Below are positions 9,600 to 19,587 of a DNA stretch of 32,000 nt, piece after piece. The translations under genes were made by a program, and so were the position numbers. The notes under the pieces were generated by a model. The model ran no database searches. It was not told the DNA's origin and saw only the letters and a program-made list of their open reading frames with translations. Numbering within the stretch: the stretch's first letter is position 1; every line of letters begins with the position of its first letter. The DNA is from Trichodesmium erythraeum IMS101 (GTDB lineage Bacteria; Cyanobacteriota; Cyanobacteriia; Cyanobacteriales; Microcoleaceae): the NCBI RefSeq assembly GCF_000014265.1, contig NC_008312.1, positions 1,710,001-1,742,000 of the forward strand. The letters are read 5' to 3'.

Positions 9600-9912
9600 T
9601 TATAGTTTACTTATTAACATTGAGTGTGATGGACCAGAGAACATTGAAAAAAGACTGAAATAATTAGTGCCAAATTTTAATTTGATCTCAGGTACGGTTG
9701 CCTGATTTTTAATAGCGGTTAATTCCTCAGGATATTCCTTATTTCCGCCTTCAAGCCACTGCCATAAATTTCCAACATTTCCCCAACAAGACCGTTGGTG
9801 ATAAGTATTGGGATTATTGGAATCAATGGTTGCCAGTAATAGAAATTACATGAGAATATAAATGGCATTTAGTAGAACACTATTATTCCTCGACTCTAAG
9901 TCAGAATATAAA
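9600..9912 (-). pseudogene. Decayed fragment of a paralogue of the 1316-aa gene (equivalent to about aa 115-225)
   Basis: The minus-strand translation YLYSDLESRNNSVLLNAIYILM*FLLLATIDSNNPNTYHQRSCWGNVGNLWQWLEGGNKEYPEELTAIKNQATVPEIKLKFGTNYFSLFSMFSG aligns with YLYPELDPNDSSSSPPNAINILIQPPDLATVDPKKPDTYQYQRYRYMGKCWELSQWPEEGGENPEYAEELTAMGNQATIPIFDEVKATFAAFYPNCYSVFGF of the intact gene. It contains an in-frame stop and ends exactly at the IS boundary. Confidence 0.75.
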
Positions 9913-10940
9913 TAGAGTTGTTGGGAAATAAGGTAAAATAATTTCAGAAAAAATTTGCCATAAAAATGCTAAATATTGAACGAGCCTTAAAACAAGACAG
10001 ATTACTCAGAGCATTAACACCCATTAAACCGTAAAGCATTTGAATCTTTGTTGGAGTCCTTTGGGCAAATGTATGAGCAAACATTGCACTCGCTCACCTC
10101 GTCAACGCTCTGTTGGAGGAGGTCTTTTGGCTCGTTTACGCACTCTACAAGACAAATTGTTTGACATTCTCTTCTACTTTAAATGTTACCCGACTTTTGA
10201 CTTAGCTGGTATCTTGTTTGATATCGACCGTAGTCAAGCACATTATTGGGTTCATCGCTTACAAACTATGTTAGAAGCAGCCTTGGGAGAAAAAAAGGCG
10301 CGATGCATTGCGTCAAATTAACAGTGTCCAAGGATTCATAGAGCGTTTCCCTCGAGTAGAACGAGTGATAATGGATGGCACAGAACGGCCAGTACAAAGA
10401 CCAACTCACTCTGAAAAACCAAAACTGAATTATTCAGGAAAAAAAAAGCGTCACACTCGCAAACATCTAGTAGCAGTTAATCAAAACAAGAAAGTGCTGG
10501 TATTGAGTCAGGCACGAGAAGGAAAGCTGCATGAAGTCGAAGTTCCATGACCAGGAAAAATTGATAGGAAATATACCTCTAGAGATTCCGATAGAAGTAG
10601 ACAGTGGTTTCCAAGGTCTCCACGCATCAGTATGAAAATATCCGAATCCCCCATAAAAAACCAAAAGGGGGAGAGTTAAGTGAGCAACAAAAACAGATTT
10701 TCGGAAATTGAGTCAATCAAGGGTAGTCTGTGAAAACGCCTTCGCGGGCGTCAAGCGTTATGGAGCTGTCAGTCAGATTTATCGTAATCACAAGTATGAT
10801 TTTGATGACAAATTAATGCTAACAGCAACTGGTGAGTGGAACTTATATCTGATGACAGCATAAGTAGTCAAATTACTAGGGAAATATGTCAAGTTTTCGT
10901 TTGAGTTTTTTCTCTCCTAAGTTATTTCCCAACAACTCTA
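9913..10940 (+). mobile_element. IS5-family-like insertion sequence (Harbinger/DDE_Tnp_4-type transposase), inactivated
   Basis: Perfect 19-bp terminal inverted repeats: TAGAGTTGTTGGGAAATAA (9913-9931) and TTATTTCCCAACAACTCTA (10922-10940). The outer TA could instead be a 2-bp target duplication. The repeats enclose a single broken transposase gene. Confidence 0.85.
9965..10863 (+). pseudogene. IS5-like DDE transposase with several frameshifts and stops
   Basis: Homologous pieces lie in different frames. They are MLNIERALKQDRLLRALTPIKP*, LRTLQDKLFDILFYFKCYPTFDLAGILFDIDRSQAHYWVHRLQ, VIMDGTERPVQRPTHSEKPKLNYSGKKKRHTRKHL, IPIEVDSGFQGL, QYENIRIPHKKPKGGELSEQQKQ and VVCENAFAGVKRYGAVSQIYRNHKYDFDDKLMLTATGEWNLYLMTA*. 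Track ORFs 10040..10321 and 10308..10550 are fragments of it. Confidence 0.85.
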
Positions 10941-11090
10941 ATAATTATTTGATAGAATCAATGGGAGGATTTCTCTTGCTCACCTCTCCTTCAAAAGCCA
11001 TACATCATAGTTTTGCTCCTCATCAGGCTCCTAATTTGAGATATACATCTAAGAATTCGTCATTTATAATAGTAGATTATTCCCTTCCGA
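10941..11090 (-). pseudogene. Possible continuation of the paralogue remnant on the other side of the IS (weak)
   Basis: Minus-strand frames give EPDEEQNYDVWLLKE and FEGEVSKRNPPIDSI. These loosely match LPDAL...PNRWLIVRKG and KGGETEEKTWVIESD of the intact gene, and frameshifts are needed to join them. Confidence 0.35.
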
Positions 11091-11444
11091 TAGTTTAGTT
11101 GAACAATATCACAAGGGTTAGGATTCGCCATTAATAACACTAGATGTCCTCCTTCCGGATAGCTGAGTTTTGAAGCTTATTAAAAATGTTACTTTTTTTT
11201 ATGACAACTACACAATAAATCTATTTAAACTTGCTCTCAAGATTTCATTATTTTTTTTTAAACATTTTTTTTTCAACTAGCATATGTTAATTGACAGTGA
11301 CAATAAAAATTGGTTAAAGGCCATTTAAAAAACTAGATCAAGGTATTTGACTTGAACTTTTAGGTCAATAGTTCAAAGACTTATATTATATCATGTCCTG
11401 ATAATTAGTTATAAAAAACTTCCTCCTCTTCTCACCTGACTTCT

Positions 11445-11486
11445 GTAGAGGCGTTTCATGTCACGCAGCGAAACGGCCTCCCCTAC
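11445..11486. repeat. Small palindromic dispersed element (copy A)
   Basis: GTAGAGGCGTTTCATGTCACGCAGCGAAACGGCCTCCCCTAC has arms GAGGCGTTTC / GAAACGGCCTC. Its reverse complement shares GACATGAAACGC and GTAGGG with the element at 26647-26700. Confidence 0.6.
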
Positions 11487-11595
11487 TTCTCTTTAGTTAT
11501 TTATACTTATGCAACCTGACATGATATTAAATCCGGAAATGCTATCCTCTTTGTTGAGAGTAAAAATAACTTAACCTTGACAAGGAGTTAAAATT

Positions 11596-13065
11596 ATGGT
11601 TACAACACCATCATTCAAGCCAACTTACGAACAAAACACTTTTAAATTATCACCTACAGCAACAACAACAACGTTGCCTTGGAATAATACCTCACTGCCC
11701 ACAACACCCCTATTTGGGACAGATGGCATTCGGGGCAAAGCAGGAGAATTACTCACCGCCCCTATGGCCCTACAAATAGGTTTTTGGGCAGGACAAGTAT
11801 TGCCCCAATATTGTCAAAATCCTGGCCCGATAATTATGGGTCAAGATACTAGAAACTCAGGTAATATGCTGGCAATGGCTCTCTCAGCAGGTTTGACAGC
11901 AGCAGGGTTAGAAGTTTGGAATTTAGGTTTATGCCCTACCCCTTGTGTTGCCTATATCACAAGTATTTCAGAAGCAATAGGCGGAGTAATGATTTCCGCT
12001 AGTCATAACCCACCCGAAGATAATGGAATAAAATTTTTTGGTTCCGATGGTACAAAACTCTCTTCAGAATTACAGCAAAAGATAGAATCTGGAATTCGAG
12101 GTACCGCAAATTTTCCTACCAATCATAGTAACTGGGGACAGCATTACCATAGACCAGAATTAGTCAAGGAGTACCAAGCATCTCTACATTCTCCATTAAC
12201 ACCAGGATCTCTCCAGGGAATGAAAATAGTTCTAGACTTAGCTTGGGGAGCAGCAGTTCATACTGCCCCAGAAGTTTTTCGAGGAATGGGGGCAGAAATT
12301 ATTTGTTTGCATGACCAACCCAATGGCGATCGGATCAACGTTAACTGTGGTTCTACCCATCTGTCTCACCTCCAACAAGCAGTAATAGAACATAATGCTA
12401 ATCTAGGGTTTGCCTTTGATGGAGACGCAGACCGAGTATTAGCAATAGATTCTCAAGGTCGTTCTATTGATGGAGATTATATACTCTATTTCTGGGGTCA
12501 AAGCTTAAGTAAAGCAAGGTTACTACCAAACAATTTGATTGTAACTACAGTTATGGCAAACTTAGGTTTTGAACACGCTTGGAACAAACAGGGTGGAAAA
12601 ATATTACGGACAAAAGTAGGAGACCAATATGTTCATGCTGAAATGCAGCGCACCGGATCTATGCTAGGCGGAGAACAATCAGGACATGTTCTTTGTCCCC
12701 ACTATGGCATTACAGGAGATGGTCTAATGACGGCCTTACATTTGGCAACCCTAGTCAAAAATTCTGGAATTTCTCTAGCAGAGTTAGTAGACCAAAGCTT
12801 TAAGACCTATCCCCAATTGCTCAGAAATGTTAGAGTTGAAGACCGCGATCGACGGGCCAACTGGAAAAACTGCGAACCATTAGTCAAAACTATAGAAGAA
12901 GCAGAAACAGCCTTAGCAGATTTGGGACGAGTATTAGTCCGAGCCTCTGGTACAGAGCCGGTAATTCGAGTCATGGTAGAAGCTATTAATCTAGAACTAG
13001 CAAAATCTTGGACAGAAAATATAGTTTTAGCAGTCCAGCAGCATTTATTACCTACTAAAGACTAA
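11596..13065 (+). CDS. glmM: Phosphoglucosamine mutase
   Basis: [11 protein letters not shown]; phosphoserine loop [15 protein letters not shown]; metal loop FDGDADR; sugar loop GGEQSGH. It has an N-terminal extension of about 40 aa, so the exact start is uncertain. Confidence 0.9.
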   Translation: MVTTPSFKPTYEQNTFKLSPTATTTTLPWNNTSLPTTPLFGTDGIRGKAGELLTAPMALQIGFWAGQVLPQYCQNPGPIIMGQDTRNSGNMLAMALSAGLTAAGLEVWNLGLCPTPCVAYITSISEAIGGVMISASHNPPEDNGIKFFGSDGTKLSSELQQKIESGIRGTANFPTNHSNWGQHYHRPELVKEYQASLHSPLTPGSLQGMKIVLDLAWGAAVHTAPEVFRGMGAEIICLHDQPNGDRINVNCGSTHLSHLQQAVIEHNANLGFAFDGDADRVLAIDSQGRSIDGDYILYFWGQSLSKARLLPNNLIVTTVMANLGFEHAWNKQGGKILRTKVGDQYVHAEMQRTGSMLGGEQSGHVLCPHYGITGDGLMTALHLATLVKNSGISLAELVDQSFKTYPQLLRNVRVEDRDRRANWKNCEPLVKTIEEAETALADLGRVLVRASGTEPVIRVMVEAINLELAKSWTENIVLAVQQHLLPTKD

Positions 13066-13074
13066 AACATAGAT

Positions 13075-13106
13075 GATCCTAGACAAGCTACAAAATATCT
13101 AGGATC
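13075..13106 (+). terminator. Hairpin after glmM (9-bp stem), possible terminator
   Basis: GATCCTAGA (13075-13083) pairs with TCTAGGATC (13098-13106) around a 14-nt loop. It is followed by an A-run rather than a T-run, so terminator function is doubtful. Confidence 0.3.
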
Positions 13107-13361
13107 TCAAAAAAATCAGGAGTGTGCAGATAGCAAAAATATTTGCTATTCAAGCCAATGAATATAATATCATAAAAGTCAGAAAATAGTAAAAAAAAAT
13201 GATATATATTTTGAGTATTATGATAACGTTAAAAATTTATGGGCAGAATATTAACTTTCTATCTAAGCAAGTAAATATTGAAACGGGTTTTCAGTGAATC
13301 TTTTGCAGTTAATGATGAAAAATATCTAGCTTGATCTAGTTTTCAAGAAACTGACTCCAAA

Positions 13362-14966
13362 ATGCCAAAAAAACAAAAGTCTCAAAAGAAATTAAAAAAG
13401 AAAGGCAAACCTGCTACTCCCCAGATTAGCAAAAAGAAATTAGCTGCTAGGAAGCGCAAACGAGCCAAACAAATTCAGCAATTTATTGGTTCCTTGGCAA
13501 CTTATGGTGGTCTTGGTGCCATCATTGGTCTTGTATTATTTTTTGTTGCAGAACCAAAAATAGGCCTTGCTGGTGGTTTTGGTCTGGCAGTTTTAGCTCT
13601 TTCTTTTAAATATCCAATGTTGGGACTTTGGGGATTTCTAATGTATTTGCCCTTTGCTGGTACTGTTACTTACTGGGTAGGTGACGGAGGTCCTATATTT
13701 CAGCTAGCCAAAGATGGGTTTTATATTCCTGCAATCATTGCTATTAGTTTGTGGTGCAAAAAGACAGGAAATCCATTCATTATTCCCAAATCAATAAAAA
13801 ATCCCCTGTATGCTTTATTGGGCTTGTGTCTCATAACTTTATTCTTAGTTAATGGTGTACAACACTTTAACCCTCCCCAACCAGGAGATAAGGCAATTCC
13901 TATGGGAATATTGGGACTCAAAGTCATGATCGGCTACTTACCTCTGATCACGGGGGCTTATTATCAACTCAAAAGTAAAAAAGAGTTATTATTTGTTGCC
14001 CGTCTGACACTAATACTAGCTATTATCTGTTGCTTACTAACTATCGTACAATACCAATACCTTTCTTCTGGTAAGTGTAACGGTACTAGGGGTCAAACTG
14101 GAGACGCACTATTTAAGGCAAGCTTAGAAGCTAAATGTTTGGTAGGAGGTGCTCTAGTATTTAGTCCTAGTCAAGGCATGATTCGTTTACCAGGTACTTT
14201 TGTTGCACCTTGGCAGTGGGGATGGTTCTTGATTTCTAATGCTGCGTTTACCTTTGCAGTTGCTTTTAGTGACCCTTCTTCCCTCTGGCGAATGGGAGGG
14301 TTATTTGGTATGGCAGTAGTTTTTATTAATGCAGCTATTAGCGGTCAAAGAATTGCTTTAGCTTTAGTTCCCACAACAACAATAATACTCTTAATCTTAA
14401 CAGGTCAGCTAGCTAACTTTAAACGGTTGATACCCATTGGAGCTGGACTAGCTGTTATACTAGGAGGTCTAATAGTATCTAATCCCGTAATTGTTCAAGA
14501 GCGGATAAATAGTTTTGTTGGTCGCTGGAATGCTTCACCGCCAACTGCTTTTATTTCAGAACAATTTGAGCAGTCTAATCATGCACAAAAAGGGTTTTTT
14601 GGTATCGGTCTTGGACGGGCTACTAATTCAGCCCGAGTTTTTGGTAAAACTAAATTAATTGAAACTTATTATCCTAAGTTAATCTATGAAATAGGACCTA
14701 TAGGCACAATAGCAATGTTAGTTCTATTAACAAATATTACTGTTAGTACTTTTAAAGCTTATCGCTCAGTTAAAGATAAAAACATGCGCAGTTTAGGTGC
14801 AAGCTATTGGGTTTTTGTTCTCATAATTAGTTATAACACTTATTATTACCCTCTTGATGTAGATCCAGTTGCAGTTTATTACTGGTATTTTGCTGGAGTC
14901 ATTATGAAACTGCCAGAAATTGATAAAATTGAACAGATAAAACTTAAAGAAGCTGAGGAAAATTGA
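13362..14966 (+). CDS. Polytopic membrane protein, O-antigen ligase/polymerase (Wzy_C)-like, with a Lys/Arg-rich N-terminus
   Basis: 534-aa ORF with about 10 or more hydrophobic segments and a basic N-terminal tail (MPKKQKSQKKLKKKGKP...). It sits beside glycosyltransferase genes. The family assignment is by context and topology only. Confidence 0.5.
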   Translation: MPKKQKSQKKLKKKGKPATPQISKKKLAARKRKRAKQIQQFIGSLATYGGLGAIIGLVLFFVAEPKIGLAGGFGLAVLALSFKYPMLGLWGFLMYLPFAGTVTYWVGDGGPIFQLAKDGFYIPAIIAISLWCKKTGNPFIIPKSIKNPLYALLGLCLITLFLVNGVQHFNPPQPGDKAIPMGILGLKVMIGYLPLITGAYYQLKSKKELLFVARLTLILAIICCLLTIVQYQYLSSGKCNGTRGQTGDALFKASLEAKCLVGGALVFSPSQGMIRLPGTFVAPWQWGWFLISNAAFTFAVAFSDPSSLWRMGGLFGMAVVFINAAISGQRIALALVPTTTIILLILTGQLANFKRLIPIGAGLAVILGGLIVSNPVIVQERINSFVGRWNASPPTAFISEQFEQSNHAQKGFFGIGLGRATNSARVFGKTKLIETYYPKLIYEIGPIGTIAMLVLLTNITVSTFKAYRSVKDKNMRSLGASYWVFVLIISYNTYYYPLDVDPVAVYYWYFAGVIMKLPEIDKIEQIKLKEAEEN

Positions 14967-15762
14967 GTTTATTCAATAATAAATTTGTGGAAATTAATTT
15001 TGTAAATTATTAAATTTCTCAAATTCATCAAGATTATTTCAGCCCTTTTTTTGTTTTACTATATATTTTCTATTATATGTTTTAAACATAGCATATTTTT
15101 TTGATTTTAGGTAGTTAAAAGAATAGATGTAATACACTTTGATCACATATTGATCCTAGATATAATATGAATTATATATTAAAAAAAAATCAAATTATAT
15201 TTCTATTATTTTGGAAATAGATTGAAACAAATTAAATTAGCTAATTAAAAGAATTGAGCAAATTTATCAAGGCTATATATTAGTTGTGATATTTTTTAGA
15301 GAGATAGATTATAATATAGCCATACATAGTATTTTTTACTATAGAACTAGTCGTTTATTTATCAATAGTATGAAAAAAAATCTATCTGATCTATATGGAA
15401 GGATTTGATATTCTATTTATGCCCTTCTTTTTTATAGTTTGTTACTTAATTTTTGAATTATTGAATCAACAACAAAAAAAAGATAGGTTGTATCTGACGA
15501 TTACCATCATTATTAGATATCTATTCATACCAAGTATATCTTATACATCAACCCCTATATTTTTTTATTCCATCCTTTAACAAAATATCTCAATCTTGAA
15601 CCATGTTTAAAAGTAATTCTTGTGATGATAATTAAAATGCTCTTACTAAGAGTTTATTATTTGCCTTGATTTTCTTGGAAAACTTTTTCAAGAAGCTAGT
15701 TGTAGAGAAAAAAACTAGCAAATATCAATAAAATTAAACTTACTTTTAAAGGATAGCAGACT

Positions 15763-16743
15763 ATGAATTTACCATCAATTTCCGTTGTTATTCCTACCTA
15801 CGGGCGGGAGGAACCTCTAATAGATACGATCGCTGATGTTATTAAACAAGACTACCCTAATTTTGAAGTTTTAGTAGTTGACCAAACTGGGACTCATAAA
15901 CCAGAAACTCAAGTTTATCTGGAAAAACAAGCTAATGCTGGTAGGATAAAATTGTTCCGCCTGACTTGGGCCAGCCTACCAGGAGCAAGGAATTATGCAG
16001 TCAGACGTTGTAGTGGCGAAATCATCCTTTTTATTGATGATGATGTACGTTTGCAAAAAGGATTTTTGGCGGCTCATGCTGGTAACTATATTGATCGCCC
16101 AGAGATAGGAGCAGTGGCAGGACGAGTATTTGATCGCATGAAATTAGGAGATTCTGGTGGAGAGTTGGAAATAGAAGATTTACCTCCAGAAGCGTCTGAC
16201 CCTGGTATTGCTTGGTATCATATAGATTTGGTACATACGGTTAAAGCTCAACGAGTCATCTCAGCAAGAGGGTGCAATATGTCATATCGCCGAGAAGTTT
16301 TTACTAAATATGGTTTGAGTTTTGATGAGCGGTTTCGTGGCAGTGCAGTAAGGGAAGAGTCTGATTTTTGTTTGAGGTTACGACGAACTGGCTATCACAT
16401 TTGGTTTGACCCAGAAGCTTCTTTAGTTCACTTGGGTGAAGAAAGTGGGGGTTGTCATGATATTTCTACAAGGTCTCTCAAATATCAAATTACTTTTTAT
16501 CACAATCACTTTTTTATGGGATTAAAAAATCTCACTCCTCATCAATGTCTGCGTTTTTTTGGCAAATTATTTGATTGTCATGTGTTGGGGAACCCCCCTT
16601 GTTACAAAAGTGGTTCTCCTATAAAAATAATTACTCGCGGCGGTTTCTATATTCTTGGTTTTTTTAGTGCTGTTCAAACAAGGATTAAATCTATTTGGGA
16701 TGACGGGCAAATTTATACAAAAAAAGTCAACACTCAAGAGTAA
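15763..16743 (+). CDS. Family 2 glycosyltransferase
   Basis: ISVVIPTYGREEPLIDTIADVIKQDYPNFEVLVVDQ and FIDDDV (the DxD region) are typical of Glycos_transf_2. AAGGA lies upstream of the ATG. Confidence 0.85.
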   Translation: MNLPSISVVIPTYGREEPLIDTIADVIKQDYPNFEVLVVDQTGTHKPETQVYLEKQANAGRIKLFRLTWASLPGARNYAVRRCSGEIILFIDDDVRLQKGFLAAHAGNYIDRPEIGAVAGRVFDRMKLGDSGGELEIEDLPPEASDPGIAWYHIDLVHTVKAQRVISARGCNMSYRREVFTKYGLSFDERFRGSAVREESDFCLRLRRTGYHIWFDPEASLVHLGEESGGCHDISTRSLKYQITFYHNHFFMGLKNLTPHQCLRFFGKLFDCHVLGNPPCYKSGSPIKIITRGGFYILGFFSAVQTRIKSIWDDGQIYTKKVNTQE

Positions 16744-16891
16744 TAATTCAAGAAACTCAAAAATTAAATAAAATTGTTTAAGAGTAGATCGCATAAGGTC
16801 GATCTTTATGGTTTTAAGCAAATACTAGAATTGTATAACCTGATTTTAGATAACAGTTTTTTTCAGCTTACTTGTAAAGATGAATTAAAAC

Positions 16892-17728
16892 TTATTTCTT
16901 AAGTTTTCTCTGTAAGGCTTTTCGAAAATATACAGTTTGCTGGAAAATCATCTGTAATTTGGATGTAGACCACAATGATTTTTTTAAATATAATTCATAT
17001 ATATTTTTCCGTTGATCAGATATCCAAAAATACCAAGGTTTTGAAGAACCAATATAATGTATAATTCTAGCATTTTTCAAAGCGATATTGTCATCAGGTT
17101 TTTGAATTTTTCTTGGGCTTAAGTCCACTTGAAAATTCCATTTCCGATCAATTATTAAGTAATTCTGTTTGATTACACGATTTAAAGCGCTTTGGTCGTG
17201 GTATGGCAGCTTATCTCTATTTTTAGTTGCAAAATCAATTACTTTTGTTGAAATTTGTTCATTTCTCCATTTTTCTAAGTTAACAACCATAACACCACTA
17301 TTAAAACCTTTACTTTTTACCAAAGTGCCAGAAAATCCTGAAGCAGCAATAAAGTAATTTTCTAGATCAATATTATATAGTTCTTCTAAGGGAGAAATTA
17401 CAACAACATCAGAATCTAAATAAAGAACTTTATCTATATGCTTAGGGAGAATTTCAGCCATTATTAATCTATAATAAGTTGCATTGGAAACATGATCAGA
17501 TACTTTTAATTTGCTAATTTTATCAAGGTTATTGATTATATATAAATGAAATGAACATTTATAATTTTTACTCAGCGTATCTAATTTTTGTTTTAGTTTT
17601 TCTTCCATAAAATTTGTGATTATATGTACATCAAAATGACTAGATAAATTATTTAATAATACAGAAGTGATTGCTACACCGAAGTGTTGTTGATAGTTTT
17701 GATCAAAACAAAATAATAGATTCATCAT
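16892..17728 (-). CDS. Family 8 glycosyltransferase (LPS galactosyl/glucosyltransferase-like)
   Basis: FDQNYQQHFGVAITSVLLNN, YYRLIMAEILPKHIDKVLYLDSDVVV, FNSGVMVVNLEKWR and HDQSALN fit the Glyco_transf_8 pattern. Confidence 0.85.
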   Translation of the reverse strand: MMNLLFCFDQNYQQHFGVAITSVLLNNLSSHFDVHIITNFMEEKLKQKLDTLSKNYKCSFHLYIINNLDKISKLKVSDHVSNATYYRLIMAEILPKHIDKVLYLDSDVVVISPLEELYNIDLENYFIAASGFSGTLVKSKGFNSGVMVVNLEKWRNEQISTKVIDFATKNRDKLPYHDQSALNRVIKQNYLIIDRKWNFQVDLSPRKIQKPDDNIALKNARIIHYIGSSKPWYFWISDQRKNIYELYLKKSLWSTSKLQMIFQQTVYFRKALQRKLKK

Positions 17729-18099
17729 TCTTCTCTTTTATGCCCTGATATTTCTATAATCATCTTATCATAATAATAAAATATTCAGGCGGTTTTAAGG
17801 TAGGAGCAAGGAGGCAGAAGGAACAATAGTTAGAGCTATTTTTTTGAAAAGTATGTGATTTGATAAGAATTTAAGATTCCTATTTTGGAGCTAGGTTATG
17901 GCCCTAGATTTTCATATATAGTTAAATTTGATTCTAACTAAGGTTTGTTGATTAAATATCTGATAAATGTCCAACTATATATATATATATCAATTTGGTT
18001 TTTTTGTCAAAAAAAATGTGTCAGCTTTTTACTCCAAACTAACTCAATTTTGAGCTACAATTCCTATAAATATATCTTCTAAATCACAAAAAAATAACT

Positions 18100-19266
18100 A
18101 TGAAAATATTAATCGCTAGCCATACCTATATTGTTGACCTTAATCGGGAAAAGTTACGAGCTTTAGCTAAACTTGAACCAGGTCTTGAAGTTAGGGTTGT
18201 TGTACCTCGTCGCTGGAATCCAAAAGGCGTACAAAGTGAAATAGTTGAAACTAAATTTATTGATGAGGGTTCTTTTAAAGTAATACCTCTTTCTAATTAT
18301 AGTCAAAATAATCAAGCTTTGCTAACTTTCGGTCCCGAACTAATTAGTTTGCTACGAAAATTTAAGCCGGATATTATTCAAGTAGAACAGGGTTCTAAAG
18401 CTTTAACTTATGCTCAATTTATTACTTTTAATAAGCTTTTAGGACTCCAGGCTAAAAATTTATTTTTTACTTGGTGGAATTTACCTTATGAACTCAAATT
18501 TCCTATTTCTTACCTAGAAAGCTATAACTTGAGAAATACTGATGGAATTGTTGCTGGAAATAAAGATGGAGAAAAAATTTTAAGAAATAAGGGATACAAA
18601 GGTCTGATTAAAGTGATGCCTCAGTTAGGAGTAGATGAAAGTTTATTTAAACCAGAACCTCAAGTAGAATTAAGAGATAGTTTAGGAATTAAAGATGATG
18701 ATTTTGTAGTTGGTTTTGTGGGTCGTTTTGTTCAGGAAAAAGGATTATTAACTTTAACTAAATCCCTAGCAGGTTTACAGGAAAAAAATTGGAAGTGCTT
18801 GTTATTGGGTAGGGGTGAATTACAAGCAACTTTGTGGGAAATAGCAACAGCATTAGGAATTAAGGAGCGTTTGATTTTTGTAGAAAGTGTTCCTCACAAC
18901 TATGTACAAAAATATATTAATTTGATGAATACTTTGGTTTTACCGTCAGAAACTACTTATAAGTTTAAAACTTTAACTTCTGTGGGTTGGAAAGAACAAT
19001 TCGGTCATGTTTTAATTGAGGCAATGGCTTGTAAGGTACCTGTAATAGGTTCTGATTCTGGAGAAATTCCTAATGTAATTGGGGATGTTGGTTTGGTTTT
19101 TCCAGAGGGAAATATTGAAGAGTTGAGGAATTGTTTAATGCAGTTAATGGAACAAAAAGAATTAGCCGAAAGTTTAGGAGAAAAAGGCTATAAAAAGGCA
19201 ATGAGTCAGTATACAAATAAGTCTTTAGCTAGGCAATTATTAAGTTTTTATCAGGAGTTGCTGTAG
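18100..19266 (+). CDS. Family 4 (group 1, GT-B) glycosyltransferase
   Basis: FVGRFVQEKG and the EX7E-type region FGHVLIEAMACKVPVIGSDSGEIPNVI. Confidence 0.85.
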   Translation: MKILIASHTYIVDLNREKLRALAKLEPGLEVRVVVPRRWNPKGVQSEIVETKFIDEGSFKVIPLSNYSQNNQALLTFGPELISLLRKFKPDIIQVEQGSKALTYAQFITFNKLLGLQAKNLFFTWWNLPYELKFPISYLESYNLRNTDGIVAGNKDGEKILRNKGYKGLIKVMPQLGVDESLFKPEPQVELRDSLGIKDDDFVVGFVGRFVQEKGLLTLTKSLAGLQEKNWKCLLLGRGELQATLWEIATALGIKERLIFVESVPHNYVQKYINLMNTLVLPSETTYKFKTLTSVGWKEQFGHVLIEAMACKVPVIGSDSGEIPNVIGDVGLVFPEGNIEELRNCLMQLMEQKELAESLGEKGYKKAMSQYTNKSLARQLLSFYQELL

Positions 19267-19587
19267 ATAAGCTGAAAAATAATAAGTGAGGCTGTAGCAA
19301 TTCCCATAAGGATAAATATTTAACTAAAAAATTACTTGGTTTTAGGAAATATTTAATTAGGAACAAGTAAAGGAAAAAAAGATAGGTTGACTTCAAATTA
19401 AGAGAATTCCTAACTGATTAAATGAAGTATAGTATTTAAGTTCAGATAATCTGTTGAAAAACTTTTTCCTTTAAGTTTCTTTTCTTTCCTTCTGCTTCCT
19501 CTCAATGATTATAAATGCCAAAATTCTCTAAGCTTTAATGCCATTTATAAAAAGCTTTTCTACATTTTATTGAGTAGGAAAGTAGAG

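Noticed and set aside
10467-10664. 65-aa minus-strand ORF inside the IS
   Set aside because: It is antisense to the transposase pseudogene and has no motif.
10886-11098. 70-aa + strand ORF
   Set aside because: It starts inside the right end of the IS5-like element and runs across the inverted repeat into the decayed paralogue remnant, so it is a chance ORF.
13721-13927. 68-aa minus-strand ORF
   Set aside because: It is antisense and lies inside the 534-aa membrane-protein gene.
15395-15580. 61-aa hydrophobic ORF in the AT-rich spacer
   Set aside because: Its Phe/Ile/Tyr-rich composition is what AT-rich DNA produces by chance, and it has no SD sequence. It cannot be fully excluded as a small membrane protein.
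16567-16821. 84-aa minus-strand ORF overlapping the 3' end of the GT2 gene
   Set aside because: It mostly overlaps the well-supported GT2 CDS in antisense and has low-complexity AT-driven composition.
17169-17357. 62-aa + strand ORF
   Set aside because: It is antisense and lies inside the GT8 gene.
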